DNA of 64,000 nt from Armatimonadota bacterium. GTDB lineage: Bacteria > Armatimonadota > Fimbriimonadia > Fimbriimonadales > GBS-DC. The stretch lies in contig JBBIJY010000003.1 of the NCBI GenBank assembly GCA_037445735.1, positions 64,001 to 128,000 of the forward strand, read 5' to 3'. The notes below the pieces were generated by a model. That model did no database searches. It saw only the letters and a list, made by a program, of their open reading frames with translations, and was not told where the DNA came from. The translations under genes were made by a program, and so were the position numbers. Shown in pieces: positions 18,624 through 28,932 of the stretch; the first letter of the stretch is position 1, and the number at the start of each line of letters is the position of its first letter.

Positions 18624-19202
18624 ATGGCAAAACAGCGACGCAAAGAGGTCGAAATCGGCGATATTACCATTCGAAGCCCGCATGATGAGTTGCCTGCCGA
18701 CGCAAAGGCGTACATCGAACGCAAACTGCGCAAATTGACCCGATTTTTCCATCGCATCCTGTGGATTGAGGTCACACACGAGTTCCAGCGCGGACAGCAC
18801 AGCATCTCCATCCACCTCGAAAGCGCCGATGGGCACCGCTTCCACTACGCCGAGCGCGCCGCCGAGCTGCGGGTGGCGGTCGACGCCGCCGTGCAGGGGC
18901 TGGAGCACCAGCTGACGCGCTATAAAGAGCGCCTGCAACGCGGCAGCGATCGCCGCACACGCACCGAGCGCGAATCGCTGCCTATCGCCGCCACAGAAGC
19001 CAGCGAAGAAGAGGAATCGAACCCCACACTGGTACGCAGGCGAGTGGTGAGCCTCAAGCCGATGCCCGTCGAAGAAGCCTTACTGCAGGCGGAGCTGGAA
19101 GAGGAGCCGTTCTATGTGTTCTATGACGGCGATACCGACCGCATCTGCCTGCTGGTGCGACTCCAGCCAGGCAGATACGAGCTGCGCGAGTTCGCCCTGT
19201 AA
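18624..19202 (+). CDS. hpf: Ribosome hibernation factor (long HPF/RaiA)
   Basis: YIERKLRKLTRFF, AVDAAVQGLEHQLTRYKERL, LKPMPVEEALLQ...FYVF. Confidence 0.85.
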   Translation: MAKQRRKEVEIGDITIRSPHDELPADAKAYIERKLRKLTRFFHRILWIEVTHEFQRGQHSISIHLESADGHRFHYAERAAELRVAVDAAVQGLEHQLTRYKERLQRGSDRRTRTERESLPIAATEASEEEESNPTLVRRRVVSLKPMPVEEALLQAELEEEPFYVFYDGDTDRICLLVRLQPGRYELREFAL

Positions 19203-19214
19203 GCCTGCTCAAGA

Positions 19215-20252
19215 TTACTGATTCGGGTCGGGCGCGCTGCTATCAGGTATCGATGACTGCCACAGGCGTTCCAGCTGCTGCTCGAACGCATCAAGGTTGT
19301 CGACTATCGCGGCTTGCCGACAGAGAGTATTCAGAACCTCCAGTGAATTGATCCGACGCACCTTGTCCTGGAGCGATTCGGGCAGCACACCGAATCGGGT
19401 CTCCAGAACCCCCAGAATAGCGTCTTGCAGTCCCTGCTTCAGTCCCTGCTGCAGTCCCTGCTGCAGCCCCTGCTGCAGCCCCTGTTGCAGTCCCTGCTCC
19501 AACCCTTCGCGAATAATGATGCGCTCGAAGTTGCTGATATAGCGCACGCCCTCTTCGCGCAGCCGACGCAGGTAGCCCTGATAGGTCTCTTCCAACAGCT
19601 CCGGTAGTCTCATAAACCAGTCCACCAGCCTCAGCAATTGTACTGCTGCGTTAAAATCATACCCTCTTTCAATCAGCAAGCGCGTCAGGCGAATCTTTTC
19701 ACTCAGGCGTAACTCTGGCGTACCGCGTGTCCGCACAGCTTGCCGATAGGTCAGAATCACCAGCGCGAACGGGTTCGGACTCTGCTCCAGCACCTGCTCG
19801 TCCATGTCCAGCAGCTTGACTATTGGGAAGCGGAACCGAAGCTCGCAGCCCGCTAACTCGTGTCGATACTCGCGCGGACGCCAGTTGCGATTCTCGTCGG
19901 CTAAAATCGCAACGCTTATCACAGGGCGTCGAAACTGAAGCCAGATTCTTGCATGGTAAGCGTACATCCGCTCGGCAAATTCTGCCTCCGACTGCGACTG
20001 CACCTCCACATGGATCAGCACCCACTGCTCGCTGCCATCCTTCAGATAGACCTGCACGAGCTTGTCCACCATCTGGCGCCGTGTGCGGCTGTCAGGCAAC
20101 AGACGCCGCAGTTCGCTCTCCAAAAAGGTGAACCCTCGTGTCCAATCCACCAGCGCGTGCAGATGGGGAAAGCAAAGTGCCAGACACGGCTCCAGAAAAT
20201 GTTCCAGAGCCTCTTTCCAGGGACTATCGTACTCGACAACGCGCCGTGCCAC
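19215..20252 (-). CDS. Rpn-like / DUF4351 PD-(D/E)xK protein
   Basis: YDSPWKEALE, VDKLVQVY, WVLIHVEVQSQ, FAERMY, NPFA, (QQGL)n, LETRFG. Confidence 0.8.
   Translation of the reverse strand: MARRVVEYDSPWKEALEHFLEPCLALCFPHLHALVDWTRGFTFLESELRRLLPDSRTRRQMVDKLVQVYLKDGSEQWVLIHVEVQSQSEAEFAERMYAYHARIWLQFRRPVISVAILADENRNWRPREYRHELAGCELRFRFPIVKLLDMDEQVLEQSPNPFALVILTYRQAVRTRGTPELRLSEKIRLTRLLIERGYDFNAAVQLLRLVDWFMRLPELLEETYQGYLRRLREEGVRYISNFERIIIREGLEQGLQQGLQQGLQQGLQQGLKQGLQDAILGVLETRFGVLPESLQDKVRRINSLEVLNTLCRQAAIVDNLDAFEQQLERLWQSSIPDSSAPDPNQ
19424..19506 (-). repeat. 12-nt coding tandem repeat (QQGL)n
   Basis: EGLEQGLQQGLQQGLQQGLQQGLKQGLQ. Confidence 0.85.
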
Positions 20253-20256
20253 GGAG

Positions 20257-20508
20257 CTACGCCGGAATCACGCTCACCCGACGGCGATGGCGCGGTCCCT
20301 CAAAGCGCACATAGCCGTCCACCAGCGCGAACAGCGTGTCGTCCTTGCCACGACCCACATTCGCGCCCGGATGGAAGCGCGTGCCACGCTGACGCACAAT
20401 AATGTGCCCCGCACGCACAAACTCGCCGCCGTACTCCTTCACGCCCAGAAACTTCGGATTGCTATCCCGACCGTTTCGAGTGCTGCCACCAGCTTTCTTG
20501 CTTGCCAT
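20257..20508 (-). CDS. rpmA: 50S ribosomal protein L27
   Basis: [24 protein letters not shown]...IIVRQRGT. Confidence 0.97.
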   Translation of the reverse strand: MASKKAGGSTRNGRDSNPKFLGVKEYGGEFVRAGHIIVRQRGTRFHPGANVGRGKDDTLFALVDGYVRFEGPRHRRRVSVIPA

Positions 20509-20532
20509 ATCGCTACCTCCTTCCGATTCGCA

Positions 20533-21312
20533 TTATACCTCATACGCGATCTCCACCACCTGCCCATCGTAAGCCAGCGCCACGCCCGCTGGTAACTGAG
20601 CGTTCACCCGCTCATAGTCAAAGGCGTGCGTGAGATGCGTGAACAGCGTGCGCTTCGGCTGCAACGCCGCCACCACCTGCAACGCCTGCTCCAGATTGAA
20701 ATGGGTCGGGTGCGGGTCGTAGCGTAAAGCATCCAGAATCAGCAGCTCCAGCCCCTGCAACCGCGCGAAGCTTTCGGGCGGAATATAGCTCACATCCGTC
20801 ACATAGGCGAAGTTGCCCACACGAAACGCCAGGATCGGCATCTCACCATGAAACACGCGCAACGGCTCGATGCGCAACGCGCCAATCGCCAGTATGCCCG
20901 TGATTTCGCGGAACTCTATCTGCGGCGTGCTGGTGCCCGGCGGGAACGGAAAGAACACATAGCGAAACACGCGCTGTAAATCGTCCAGCGCCGTCGCCTC
21001 TGCATACACGGGGATAGGCTTGCCCGTGCGCAGTGTGAAGCCCCGCACATCGTCCAGCCCCATAATGTGGTCGGCGTGCGTGTGCGTGATCAGCACGGCG
21101 TCCAGACGCTCATCGAGGCGCGTGGCAATGAGCTGCAGGCGCAGTTCGGGTGGTGCATCAATCAACACGCAGGTATCACCCGCCTGCAGATGAACGCTGG
21201 GGCGCGTGCGCTGATTGCGTGGGTCGCTCGATGTGCAGACCGCGCAGCGGCAGCCCAGCTGCGGCACGCCCATCGATGTGCCACAGCCCAGCACCGTGAC
21301 GCGCAACTTCAC
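20533..21312 (-). CDS. MBL-fold hydrolase (PhnP/YycJ-like)
   Basis: [41 protein letters not shown] start at 21312. Confidence 0.88.
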   Translation of the reverse strand: MKLRVTVLGCGTSMGVPQLGCRCAVCTSSDPRNQRTRPSVHLQAGDTCVLIDAPPELRLQLIATRLDERLDAVLITHTHADHIMGLDDVRGFTLRTGKPIPVYAEATALDDLQRVFRYVFFPFPPGTSTPQIEFREITGILAIGALRIEPLRVFHGEMPILAFRVGNFAYVTDVSYIPPESFARLQGLELLILDALRYDPHPTHFNLEQALQVVAALQPKRTLFTHLTHAFDYERVNAQLPAGVALAYDGQVVEIAYEV

Positions 21313-21314
21313 GC

Positions 21315-22322
21315 TCAGCCCTCCTTCTCCCGATGCAGAATCTCCAGCGCATGGCGCAGCGTGGGCACCAGCCGATTGGCGACCGCCTGCGCCGCCACCG
21401 CAATCGCCTGACGCACCGCGTACCGATCCGAGCGCCCATGCCCGATAATGCACACCCCATCCACACCCAGCAACGGCGCACCCCCATACTCGCGATAATC
21501 GAGGCGACGCTTGATGCGGTCAAACGCGGGCTTCAGCAGCGCCAGCGGGATGCGGTTGAGCACATTGCGGGTCAGCTCCTCCTTCACAATCTTGAGGATG
21601 GTCTCCGCCACACCCTCGCCCGTCTTCAAAAACACATTGCCCACGAAGCCGTCGCACACCACTACATCGGCAACGCCCTCAAAAAAGCTCTTGCCCTCCA
21701 CATTGCCCACAAACTCATCCTTCAGGTGGGTCTGCAGCAGCTGGTACGCCTCTTTGGTGAGCGTGTTGCCTTTGGTGGCTTCCTCACCGATGTTGAGCAG
21801 TCCGACGCGCGGGCTGGGGATTTCCAGCACCTGCGCGGCGTAGATTTGACCCATCAGCGCGAAGTCGAGCAGATGGCGCGGCGTGCAATCGACGGTGGCG
21901 CCGCTGTCCAGCAGCACGCAGCGCCCCGCGTAGGTGGGCAGCACAGTGGCAATGGCGGGGCGATCCACATAGGGCAGGCTACCCCACAGCAGTTTGGCGA
22001 CCACACCCACCGCGCCCGTGTTGCCCATCGATACCAGCGCATCCGCCTCGCCTCGCTTCACCATCTGCGCTGCGACCACCAGCGACGAATCGCGCTTGCG
22101 CCGCACCGCCATCACCGGCGAATCGTCCATCGTGATGACCTGCGAGGCGTGCTGCAGATGCAGGTTCGGCGGGCGACGGCGCGGCAGCAACGGCTCGATC
22201 TGCGCGGCGTCGCCCACCAGCACAATCTCGAAGCTCACCTGCCGCGCCGACTCCAGCGCACCCAGCACAATCTCCTGAGGGGCGTAATCGCCCCCCATCG
22301 CGTCCACCGCAATGCGCATCAC
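21315..22322 (-). CDS. plsX: Phosphate acyltransferase PlsX
   Basis: IAVDAMGGDYAP, GNTGA, GLLNIGEEATKG, VVVCDGFVGN, YGGAPLLG, HGRS. Confidence 0.96.
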   Translation of the reverse strand: MMRIAVDAMGGDYAPQEIVLGALESARQVSFEIVLVGDAAQIEPLLPRRRPPNLHLQHASQVITMDDSPVMAVRRKRDSSLVVAAQMVKRGEADALVSMGNTGAVGVVAKLLWGSLPYVDRPAIATVLPTYAGRCVLLDSGATVDCTPRHLLDFALMGQIYAAQVLEIPSPRVGLLNIGEEATKGNTLTKEAYQLLQTHLKDEFVGNVEGKSFFEGVADVVVCDGFVGNVFLKTGEGVAETILKIVKEELTRNVLNRIPLALLKPAFDRIKRRLDYREYGGAPLLGVDGVCIIGHGRSDRYAVRQAIAVAAQAVANRLVPTLRHALEILHREKEG

Positions 22323-22516
22323 TCTTCAGTATCCACGCCCACAATCGCCTGTCGATACTTGCGTCCGCGATAGTAGCCGCATACAGGGCAGGCGCGATGT
22401 GGCAGGTGCAACTCCCCACACTGCCGACACCGGCTCAGCCCGGGCACCTCCAGCCTGTAATGCGTGCGGCGTTTCGCCCCGCGCGTATGAGTGTGTCGTC
22501 GTTTCGGATTCGCCAT
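22319..22516 (-). CDS. rpmF: 50S ribosomal protein L32 (Zn-ribbon type)
   Basis: MANPKRR...CRQCGELHLPHRACPVCGYY. Confidence 0.95.
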   Translation of the reverse strand: MANPKRRHTHTRGAKRRTHYRLEVPGLSRCRQCGELHLPHRACPVCGYYRGRKYRQAIVGVDTEE

Positions 22517-22520
22517 CGGT

Positions 22521-23078
22521 TTACCTCCCGTTCTCGTCGTTGTCCTGTTCGCCGTACCAGGCGCGTGCCAGCGCTTCGAACGCAGGATGCCCCTTTCGGG
22601 GCGGGCAACTGCAACTGCCCTCGTTCAGATTCTTGCCACAGCGGGGACATAGCCCCCTGCAATCGGGCTGGCACACAGGCGCTATCGGCAAATGCACAAT
22701 CACATATTGCCGCAACAGCTCATCGGCATACAGTCCGTTGCCCTCGAACACGGGGAACGAGTCCCGATCTTCGACCTCCGCATAGCCCTGAGGGTTCAGC
22801 CCCGCGGGTGTGCCCACCAGCGGGAACTCCTCCTGGATGCGGAACTCGATGGGCTGCCGATAGTAAGTTAAACAGCGTCCGCACTCCAGCCACACCGCCG
22901 TGCGAAACTCGCCTCCGATGCGCAGAATGCGTCCACCACTCTCGGCAATCAGCACGCCCTGTACAGGTTCCGCCAGCGGGGGAGCCTCTTCCCGCTCCAA
23001 CCAGATCTCGATCGGGTACTCGACCCTGCGTCCAGGATGCTGGACCACATCGTTCAAATCCAACCGATACGCTTTCAT
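22521..23078 (-). CDS. YceD/DUF177 protein
   Basis: LECGRCL, CQPDCRGLCPRCGKNLNEGSCSC. Upstream of rpmF. Confidence 0.9.
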   Translation of the reverse strand: MKAYRLDLNDVVQHPGRRVEYPIEIWLEREEAPPLAEPVQGVLIAESGGRILRIGGEFRTAVWLECGRCLTYYRQPIEFRIQEEFPLVGTPAGLNPQGYAEVEDRDSFPVFEGNGLYADELLRQYVIVHLPIAPVCQPDCRGLCPRCGKNLNEGSCSCPPRKGHPAFEALARAWYGEQDNDENGR

Positions 23079-23192
23079 CGTCGGCTCCCCCTTGATCGGG
23101 CAAAAACCCCCGCCACCCTGACGGCGGTCTTTGACCCCACCCTATTGTACCCGCTCCCATAACCCGTTGCAAAACACAGCCCTTCACAAAGC

Positions 23193-23681
23193 TCAGATAA
23201 GCTCCCCAGATGGAATCACACTACCAGCTTCAGGCGAGTTCATGTGAGGATTCCACCGCGCCAAAATTACACGCTTTGGCGTCCGCCCCTGATGCTCTTC
23301 ATAGATTAGTACATCCGAACGTCCAAAAGTGATTAGCAGCTGCTTAAGCGAGTCACTGATTCCTTTAGGCGAAACGATCATTCCTATCTGTGGTTTCACC
23401 ACGCGACAATAGCCAATAATCTGCGAAAGATGAGCAAGCGATATAGGTTTGTTTTTACACTCAATCAAGGCTATCGCGATGTCTTGATTGCCACAGGCAA
23501 AACCGACCACATCCACCTGCACATCCCATGACAGCCACTCATCTGGCAGCAAATTGCCAATACCTGATCGCCTTATAAGGGCATTAAGCCGCTGTGCAGA
23601 ACAGATCGCCGTTCGAATCGAATGTCGGGGATAGCGAGCCTGTAAATAAGCGTGAAGCCATTGCTCCACAGCGGGATACAT
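23193..23681 (-). CDS. Small stand-alone PD-(D/E)xK nuclease-like protein
   Basis: MYPAVEQWL...VDVVG...LIECK...LSQIIGY, i.e. D...ExK...QxxxY as in Mrr/NucS-like catalytic domains. Confidence 0.6.
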   Translation of the reverse strand: MYPAVEQWLHAYLQARYPRHSIRTAICSAQRLNALIRRSGIGNLLPDEWLSWDVQVDVVGFACGNQDIAIALIECKNKPISLAHLSQIIGYCRVVKPQIGMIVSPKGISDSLKQLLITFGRSDVLIYEEHQGRTPKRVILARWNPHMNSPEAGSVIPSGELI

Positions 23682-23701
23682 ATCCTGCTCTCGCTGATAG
23701 C

Positions 23702-24628
23702 TCAGGGCGCATTCACCTCCTGCTCAACATCCTCAAGATAGTCTATGTCCTTTTGAGACGGTCGCTTAGGACAACCTAATTCTCGGCAAATTTGCCAGTA
23801 GGCGTCAAAATGTTTTCCGCAAAGCGCTGCAGGCAAGTAATTCGAATCCCCTTCACGCTGATCATCAGGCTTACGCTTTCTCACCCGTCGCTCGCCCGGA
23901 CATGAGGCATAACGAGCGTTCGGGAAATTTGTACGATCACACTCTGCCAACTCCTCCAGTACTCTCTGCTTATGCCTGAAATTGAAGCCAATCTTCAAAA
24001 ATGGAACTGCGAAAATGTTCAGCTGATGCTCACGAAAATCCCTGCCCATGTTTGGATGTCCCCAAGTAATCAACTGAACAGGCACATCCAGATGATCCTG
24101 AAGAAGTTGACACAGTTGAACAAGCAATTGCCAGTTTTCTCTGTAGTTGAGAACATCCAAACGGACGCGATTGCGTCCATCAACATACCGATTCGCCTGG
24201 CGAATGTTGCCTGCCACATCCGCAAAGCCACGCAAAAACTCGCGCTTCCATTCAGCAGGAGTTTGAACATTCAACAGAAACTCAGGAACCCTGAAAGCCC
24301 CAAAGTGCGCGGGGTCACCCAGCATCCAGCGAATATTACGCCACATCATGTTGTTGCGGTGAAAGCGCACTAATAATCTGTGAGTGCCCTGACCACTGTC
24401 AATAATATCGATATCAGTTTCCAGGAGGTTACGCAGACGAAACGAAATATCGACCAGCCCCAGCTTAATCTCCGTTGGCTGGTCAAAAACCTCCTGTATG
24501 CCTTCAACCTGCATGGTGGAGCCAGGAAACTCAATGATGATGCGGCGCTCATCATTCTGCTCAACGAGCTGCCCTCGCGCCACAATCAGCCCTAAGAGAT
24601 AGGCAACATCAGCATCACAGTAGTCCAT
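23702..24628 (-). CDS. LAGLIDADG-fold protein with degenerate catalytic motifs
   Basis: AYLLGLIVARG, RVPEFLL...EWKREFLRGFADVAG and IGFNFRHKQ resemble intein/homing-endonuclease blocks. Cys/His-rich tail. Confidence 0.6.
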   Translation of the reverse strand: MDYCDADVAYLLGLIVARGQLVEQNDERRIIIEFPGSTMQVEGIQEVFDQPTEIKLGLVDISFRLRNLLETDIDIIDSGQGTHRLLVRFHRNNMMWRNIRWMLGDPAHFGAFRVPEFLLNVQTPAEWKREFLRGFADVAGNIRQANRYVDGRNRVRLDVLNYRENWQLLVQLCQLLQDHLDVPVQLITWGHPNMGRDFREHQLNIFAVPFLKIGFNFRHKQRVLEELAECDRTNFPNARYASCPGERRVRKRKPDDQREGDSNYLPAALCGKHFDAYWQICRELGCPKRPSQKDIDYLEDVEQEVNAP

Positions 24629-24637
24629 GCCGACTCC

Positions 24638-25537
24638 CTATGGCTTCTGAAAAATTAGGATGAACTCATGCACCTTGTTGATTCGAAACACTGATGGATA
24701 ACCCAGCGGACGCAAGTTGTTATACTCATGCCGTCGATCCCAGATTATCAGGTCGTCATAGATAAACCCGATCTCCTGCATCCGCTGCGCAAAATCGGCA
24801 TGGTACGGATAGAAGCGGTTCTTCTTACGAATATCCATCACCACCACGCAGCAATATGCTCCCGATTTGAGAGCCGTGTACACCTTGCGAAAGATCGCTT
24901 GAAGCGCTGCCAGGAACTCCTCATAATCGCGAATTTTGCCCAGATCACGGGCGTCGTCGCCGTAATGACGAACAGGCTTGTAATCCGCTGTACGCTTCTC
25001 CAGCAGAATATCCCAGTAGGGCGGAGAAGTCACCACCAGATCGATGCTCTCTGGTGCAACAAACTGCTCCAGATTGTTTGCATCCCCCACATGCACATGG
25101 CACTCCACCGACTCGCTCTCTTCGTTCCACTCCTGTTCAAGCGTCAGGGCTTGCAAGCGTGCGGTGGCGATTCGGGCATATTCGGGGTTCAGCTCGATGC
25201 CGATTCCGTGCCTGCCCAATCGCCTGGCGGCAATCAGCGTGCTGCCCACCCCCAGAAAAGGGTCTAACACCGTCATCCCCTTTCGGGTGTAACACTCGAT
25301 CAGTCGCGCGGGCAACGCGACAGGGAACATCGCAGGGTGCTTAAGAGCCGCCTCCTCCACAGTTTTGCGAAGGTCGCTCCAGATGGAGATGGAATAGCGT
25401 GTCCATGTGGCGCCATCGAGGTCGTTGGCGCGCTTGACCACATAGGGCACAGCCGCCTCGTCAACCTCTTCCGCATAGAGCAACTCCAGATCGGGCGGCA
25501 GCTCCTGCTCCTCCAGCGAATGAATGGGCTGCTTCAT
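24638..25537 (-). CDS. Site-specific DNA amino-methyltransferase (SPPY, probably N4-cytosine)
   Basis: HPAMFP, VLDPFLGVGST, GIELNPEY, then VVTSPPYW and HEFILIFQK. Confidence 0.9.
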   Translation of the reverse strand: MKQPIHSLEEQELPPDLELLYAEEVDEAAVPYVVKRANDLDGATWTRYSISIWSDLRKTVEEAALKHPAMFPVALPARLIECYTRKGMTVLDPFLGVGSTLIAARRLGRHGIGIELNPEYARIATARLQALTLEQEWNEESESVECHVHVGDANNLEQFVAPESIDLVVTSPPYWDILLEKRTADYKPVRHYGDDARDLGKIRDYEEFLAALQAIFRKVYTALKSGAYCCVVVMDIRKKNRFYPYHADFAQRMQEIGFIYDDLIIWDRRHEYNNLRPLGYPSVFRINKVHEFILIFQKP

Positions 25538-25557
25538 ACTTATATCTTACCCCAAAG

Positions 25558-27198
25558 CTACCCCCGCGCGGCTGAATCCTGATTGTGTCGCCAGCGGCGC
25601 TGCAGATGATCAATATAACCCCACTCAGGCAATTTCAGCCAGCGAGCAAGCGCGAGGTACAGCCCGGCGCTGGTGCTGCCCACCACCAGAATCGTGAGCA
25701 ACGAAGCCAGATTCGGTTGCCAGCCCCGCACCAGCGTCCCCATCAGTGCGTGCAGCCCGAATGCCCCTACGCCCATCACCAGCGACGCCACCCCAATCCG
25801 CAACACGGGATTGACCAGCGGCTCGCTATCCACCTGCTCGGCGGCAGGCAAACGCCGCCGCAACACGCGCAACATCCACACCATCTGCCATGTGGCGGCT
25901 AACGAGGTCGCCAGCGCCAGCCCCACATAGTCCAGCCAGCGCATCAGCACAAAACAGAGCGGAACGAACCCCAGCGTAACGGCGCTGCCTATCAGCACGG
26001 GCGTCAGCGAATCGCGCAGCGCGAAAAACGCCCGCGAAATCAGCGCCTGACCCGACCACGCGAACAGCCCGATCGCAAACCCGCGCAGCGCCGTCGCCAC
26101 CATCGCCGTGTCTTCCGGGCGGAACCGCCCATACTGCAACAGCACGCGCCCGATATCCTCCGCCAGAATCAGCAGCAGCACCGTCGCGGGCGCGGTCAGA
26201 AACCAGACCAGCCGCAAACCGCGCTTCAGCACCACCCGCAGCTCATGCCACCGCCGGGTGGCTGCCAGCGCCGTGAGCGCAGGAAAAATCGCCAGCGCAA
26301 TCCCCTGACCCACAATCCCCAGCGGCGCCTGCATCTGGCGATTCGCGTTATCCAGCGCCGAAATCGCGCCCGCAGGCAACCACGACGCAAACACCCGCAA
26401 AATCAGCATATAGATGCCCGGCAGCGAGAGACCGAACATCACGGGCAACATCAACCGAAACACCTGCCGCACCCCCGGATGGCGCCAGTCCAGCAGCGGA
26501 CGATAGGCGCTGCCCAGCCGCACCATCGCCCACACAGGCATCAGCACACTGCCCACGAACGCACCCAGCAACGCCCCATACGCCAGCCCCGCAATCCCGA
26601 ACGGCACTGCCAGCACCAGCCCGCCAAAAATAATCCCCAGATTGTATATGTTCGGTCCCAGCGCGGGCACCAGAAAATGGCGACGCGCGTACAGCGTTGC
26701 CATCATCAGTCCGCCCATCAGAAAAAAGATTTGCGACGGCAGCACGATGCGCGTCAGAACCGTCGTCCACTCATAACGCATGCGGTCAAAGCCAGGGAAC
26801 ATCAGCGCGACCGCCCACGGCGCGATCAACTCCAGCAGCAGCACCAGCAGCGTGGTCAGCCCCACCATCAGTGTGAACACGCTGGAAAAAACGCGCCATG
26901 CCTCCTCCTTCTGATGCTGTTCCCAGTAGCCTGAAAAGATGGGCATCAGCGCAGACGAAAGCGCGCCCCCCGCCACCATAAAAAAGAGCAGATCGGGCAA
27001 CTGAAACGCGGCGCGATAGGCATCGGTCCACTCGTTCTGCCCGAAGCGGTAGGCAATCACTGTGTCGCGCAGCATGCCCAGCACGCGGCTGAGGGTAATC
27101 GCGCTCATCATCAACAGTGAGGCGCGTGCCCAGCTATAGCCGTGGGTCGGCTGGGCGCCCTGTCCCGCCGCGCCCATCTGCCCCGTCTCACTTCCCAT
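25558..27198 (-). CDS. murJ: Lipid II flippase MurJ
   Basis: [47 protein letters not shown]. Confidence 0.92.
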   Translation of the reverse strand: MGSETGQMGAAGQGAQPTHGYSWARASLLMMSAITLSRVLGMLRDTVIAYRFGQNEWTDAYRAAFQLPDLLFFMVAGGALSSALMPIFSGYWEQHQKEEAWRVFSSVFTLMVGLTTLLVLLLELIAPWAVALMFPGFDRMRYEWTTVLTRIVLPSQIFFLMGGLMMATLYARRHFLVPALGPNIYNLGIIFGGLVLAVPFGIAGLAYGALLGAFVGSVLMPVWAMVRLGSAYRPLLDWRHPGVRQVFRLMLPVMFGLSLPGIYMLILRVFASWLPAGAISALDNANRQMQAPLGIVGQGIALAIFPALTALAATRRWHELRVVLKRGLRLVWFLTAPATVLLLILAEDIGRVLLQYGRFRPEDTAMVATALRGFAIGLFAWSGQALISRAFFALRDSLTPVLIGSAVTLGFVPLCFVLMRWLDYVGLALATSLAATWQMVWMLRVLRRRLPAAEQVDSEPLVNPVLRIGVASLVMGVGAFGLHALMGTLVRGWQPNLASLLTILVVGSTSAGLYLALARWLKLPEWGYIDHLQRRWRHNQDSAARG

Positions 27199-27520
27199 CG
27201 TTTGTCGGTGAAACCAGTCGCAAGCCGATCACGCCCAGCACAATCAGCGCGATAAAGAGCAGTCGCGCCGCCGTGCGCGGCTCGTTGAACCAGAAGATGC
27301 CGATAATCGCGACGCCCGCCGCGCCGATGCCAGTCCACACCGCGTATGCCGTGCCAATCGGTATTTGACGGGTCGCCAGCGCCAGAAACAACAGGCTCAA
27401 CAGCCCCGCCACAATCACCACCGCCACAGGCAGCGGGCGCGTGAAGCCGTTCGACAGCTTGAGCGCAATCGCCCACACAATCTCCATCACGCCCGCGATC
27501 AGCAGATAGACCCATGCCAT
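27188..27520 (-). CDS. SMR/DMT transporter (SugE/Gdx-like)
   Basis: [36 protein letters not shown]. Confidence 0.88.
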   Translation of the reverse strand: MAWVYLLIAGVMEIVWAIALKLSNGFTRPLPVAVVIVAGLLSLLFLALATRQIPIGTAYAVWTGIGAAGVAIIGIFWFNEPRTAARLLFIALIVLGVIGLRLVSPTNDGK

Positions 27521-27524
27521 CGCG

Positions 27525-28646
27525 CTAACTCTCCTCTCGCAGGTAGCGGGCGCCCAGCTCGATAAAGTCGCCACGCTCCACGCCCGCAGGCAGCTCATAG
27601 CGACTGGCGAACTCACGCCACTCGTCCACCAGCGTCGAGGGGCGCTCGTCCGAATCGGGCACACCACGCCCCACGCGCCCCTCCCGATACATCCGCAAAT
27701 CGAGATGGTAATGCAGCGCCCGCGCCCGCAACTCGCGCAATAAGTTCCCATCCAGCCCCGACCGCTGTTCAGGCAACAGATTATAAATCCGCTGGCGCAC
27801 AATCGCGTCGGTGATGTCCACCGATTCGGCGCGCGCCCGAATCTGCTCGTTGATCTCCCCTGCGGTCAGCTCCCGCGCATCGATGGGCAGCAGGTCATAC
27901 ACCGCGCGCGTGGGCACAGGAATGAACTGGTGCGTGCGTGCCTCCACCTCATACAGCACGAACCCCTTCGGCTTGCCCGCCTCCTCCCAGATGTTGTTGC
28001 TGGTGAACTCCGTCGCGCCTGCATAGATGGCGTTCGACGCAACCTGTGTGTACAGGTGCCAGTCGCCCAGCGCGATATAGTCCCAGCCATCGTTCAGGAT
28101 CACCTGGCGCGACACAGGACGCTCAATCGCGTAGGGCGTCAGCCCCTCCAGAATGCCATGCAGGAGCAGCACATTCACTTTCGCCTGCGGGTTCGGCTCG
28201 ATCCGGGTGCTGGTCAGATGGTACAGCCCGCGCGAGGGGATACACAGCAGATGCACGCCAGACGATTCCAGCATCAGGCTCTCGATGCGGTCGTCCACCA
28301 CCTGCACGCCGGGAATATGGCGGAACAGCCCCAGAATGCAGCTGCTCTCGGCGGAGCGCGGCGTCTCGTGATTGCCTGCAATCATAATTAATGGTGCGCC
28401 CCCGCGCTCCTGCTGCACCGCGCTGATCAGCCGATAGGCGTTCAGCAGGCTATAGTTCGGCGGGCGTACCGAATGGAACAGGTCGCCTGTAATCACCACC
28501 AGTTCCGGCTGATGCTCCATCAGCAGGCGCAGCGCCTCCCGAAACGCCCGCAACACATCCCGCTCGCGCTGATTGACCCCACGCGCGCTCAACCGACTGT
28601 ACGCCCGATAGCCCAGATGCACATCGCTGATATGCGCAATTCGCAT
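27525..28646 (-). CDS. sbcD: SbcD/Mre11-like nuclease
   Basis: [33 protein letters not shown]. Confidence 0.8.
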   Translation of the reverse strand: MRIAHISDVHLGYRAYSRLSARGVNQRERDVLRAFREALRLLMEHQPELVVITGDLFHSVRPPNYSLLNAYRLISAVQQERGGAPLIMIAGNHETPRSAESSCILGLFRHIPGVQVVDDRIESLMLESSGVHLLCIPSRGLYHLTSTRIEPNPQAKVNVLLLHGILEGLTPYAIERPVSRQVILNDGWDYIALGDWHLYTQVASNAIYAGATEFTSNNIWEEAGKPKGFVLYEVEARTHQFIPVPTRAVYDLLPIDARELTAGEINEQIRARAESVDITDAIVRQRIYNLLPEQRSGLDGNLLRELRARALHYHLDLRMYREGRVGRGVPDSDERPSTLVDEWREFASRYELPAGVERGDFIELGARYLREES

Positions 28647-28932
28647 GCCCGCGCTCCTGACGAGGGGAATATTACCCGACTGCCAGCACAAGGCAAGAAG
28701 CCCCCTTAGTTATACCCCCTCCCAGCGACAGAATTAAACCAAAAGCAAAGCGCCATCCCTTACGAACCCACAGGAACCGAACCCTTATGGCTTCACTTTC
28801 AGCTCCGCCCAGACGAGTTATCGCAACAGTGGTGAGATGGTGCGTCTGGTTCGCTGGCTGGAACGCGAGCATGGCGTACCTGTGCGTGAGGCAGGCGGCG
28901 AGGATTGACCCTGTAAGAGGTAGACTCCTGAT

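Noticed and set aside
23702-24628. Intein or mobile homing endonuclease
   Set aside because: Free-standing ORF with its own start and stop, no splice-junction residues, no interrupted host gene, and catalytic acids missing.
27520-27530. Guanidine riboswitch before the SugE/Gdx-like gene
   Set aside because: Only 4 nt separate it from the sbcD stop, and no motif was seen.
27525-28646. sbcD without sbcC as a novel system
   Set aside because: The partner may lie elsewhere in the genome, which cannot be judged from this window.
28690-28920. Small ORF or ncRNA between sbcD and ruvA
   Set aside because: Only short fragments without recognisable motifs. Possibly a gene remnant, but not supportable.
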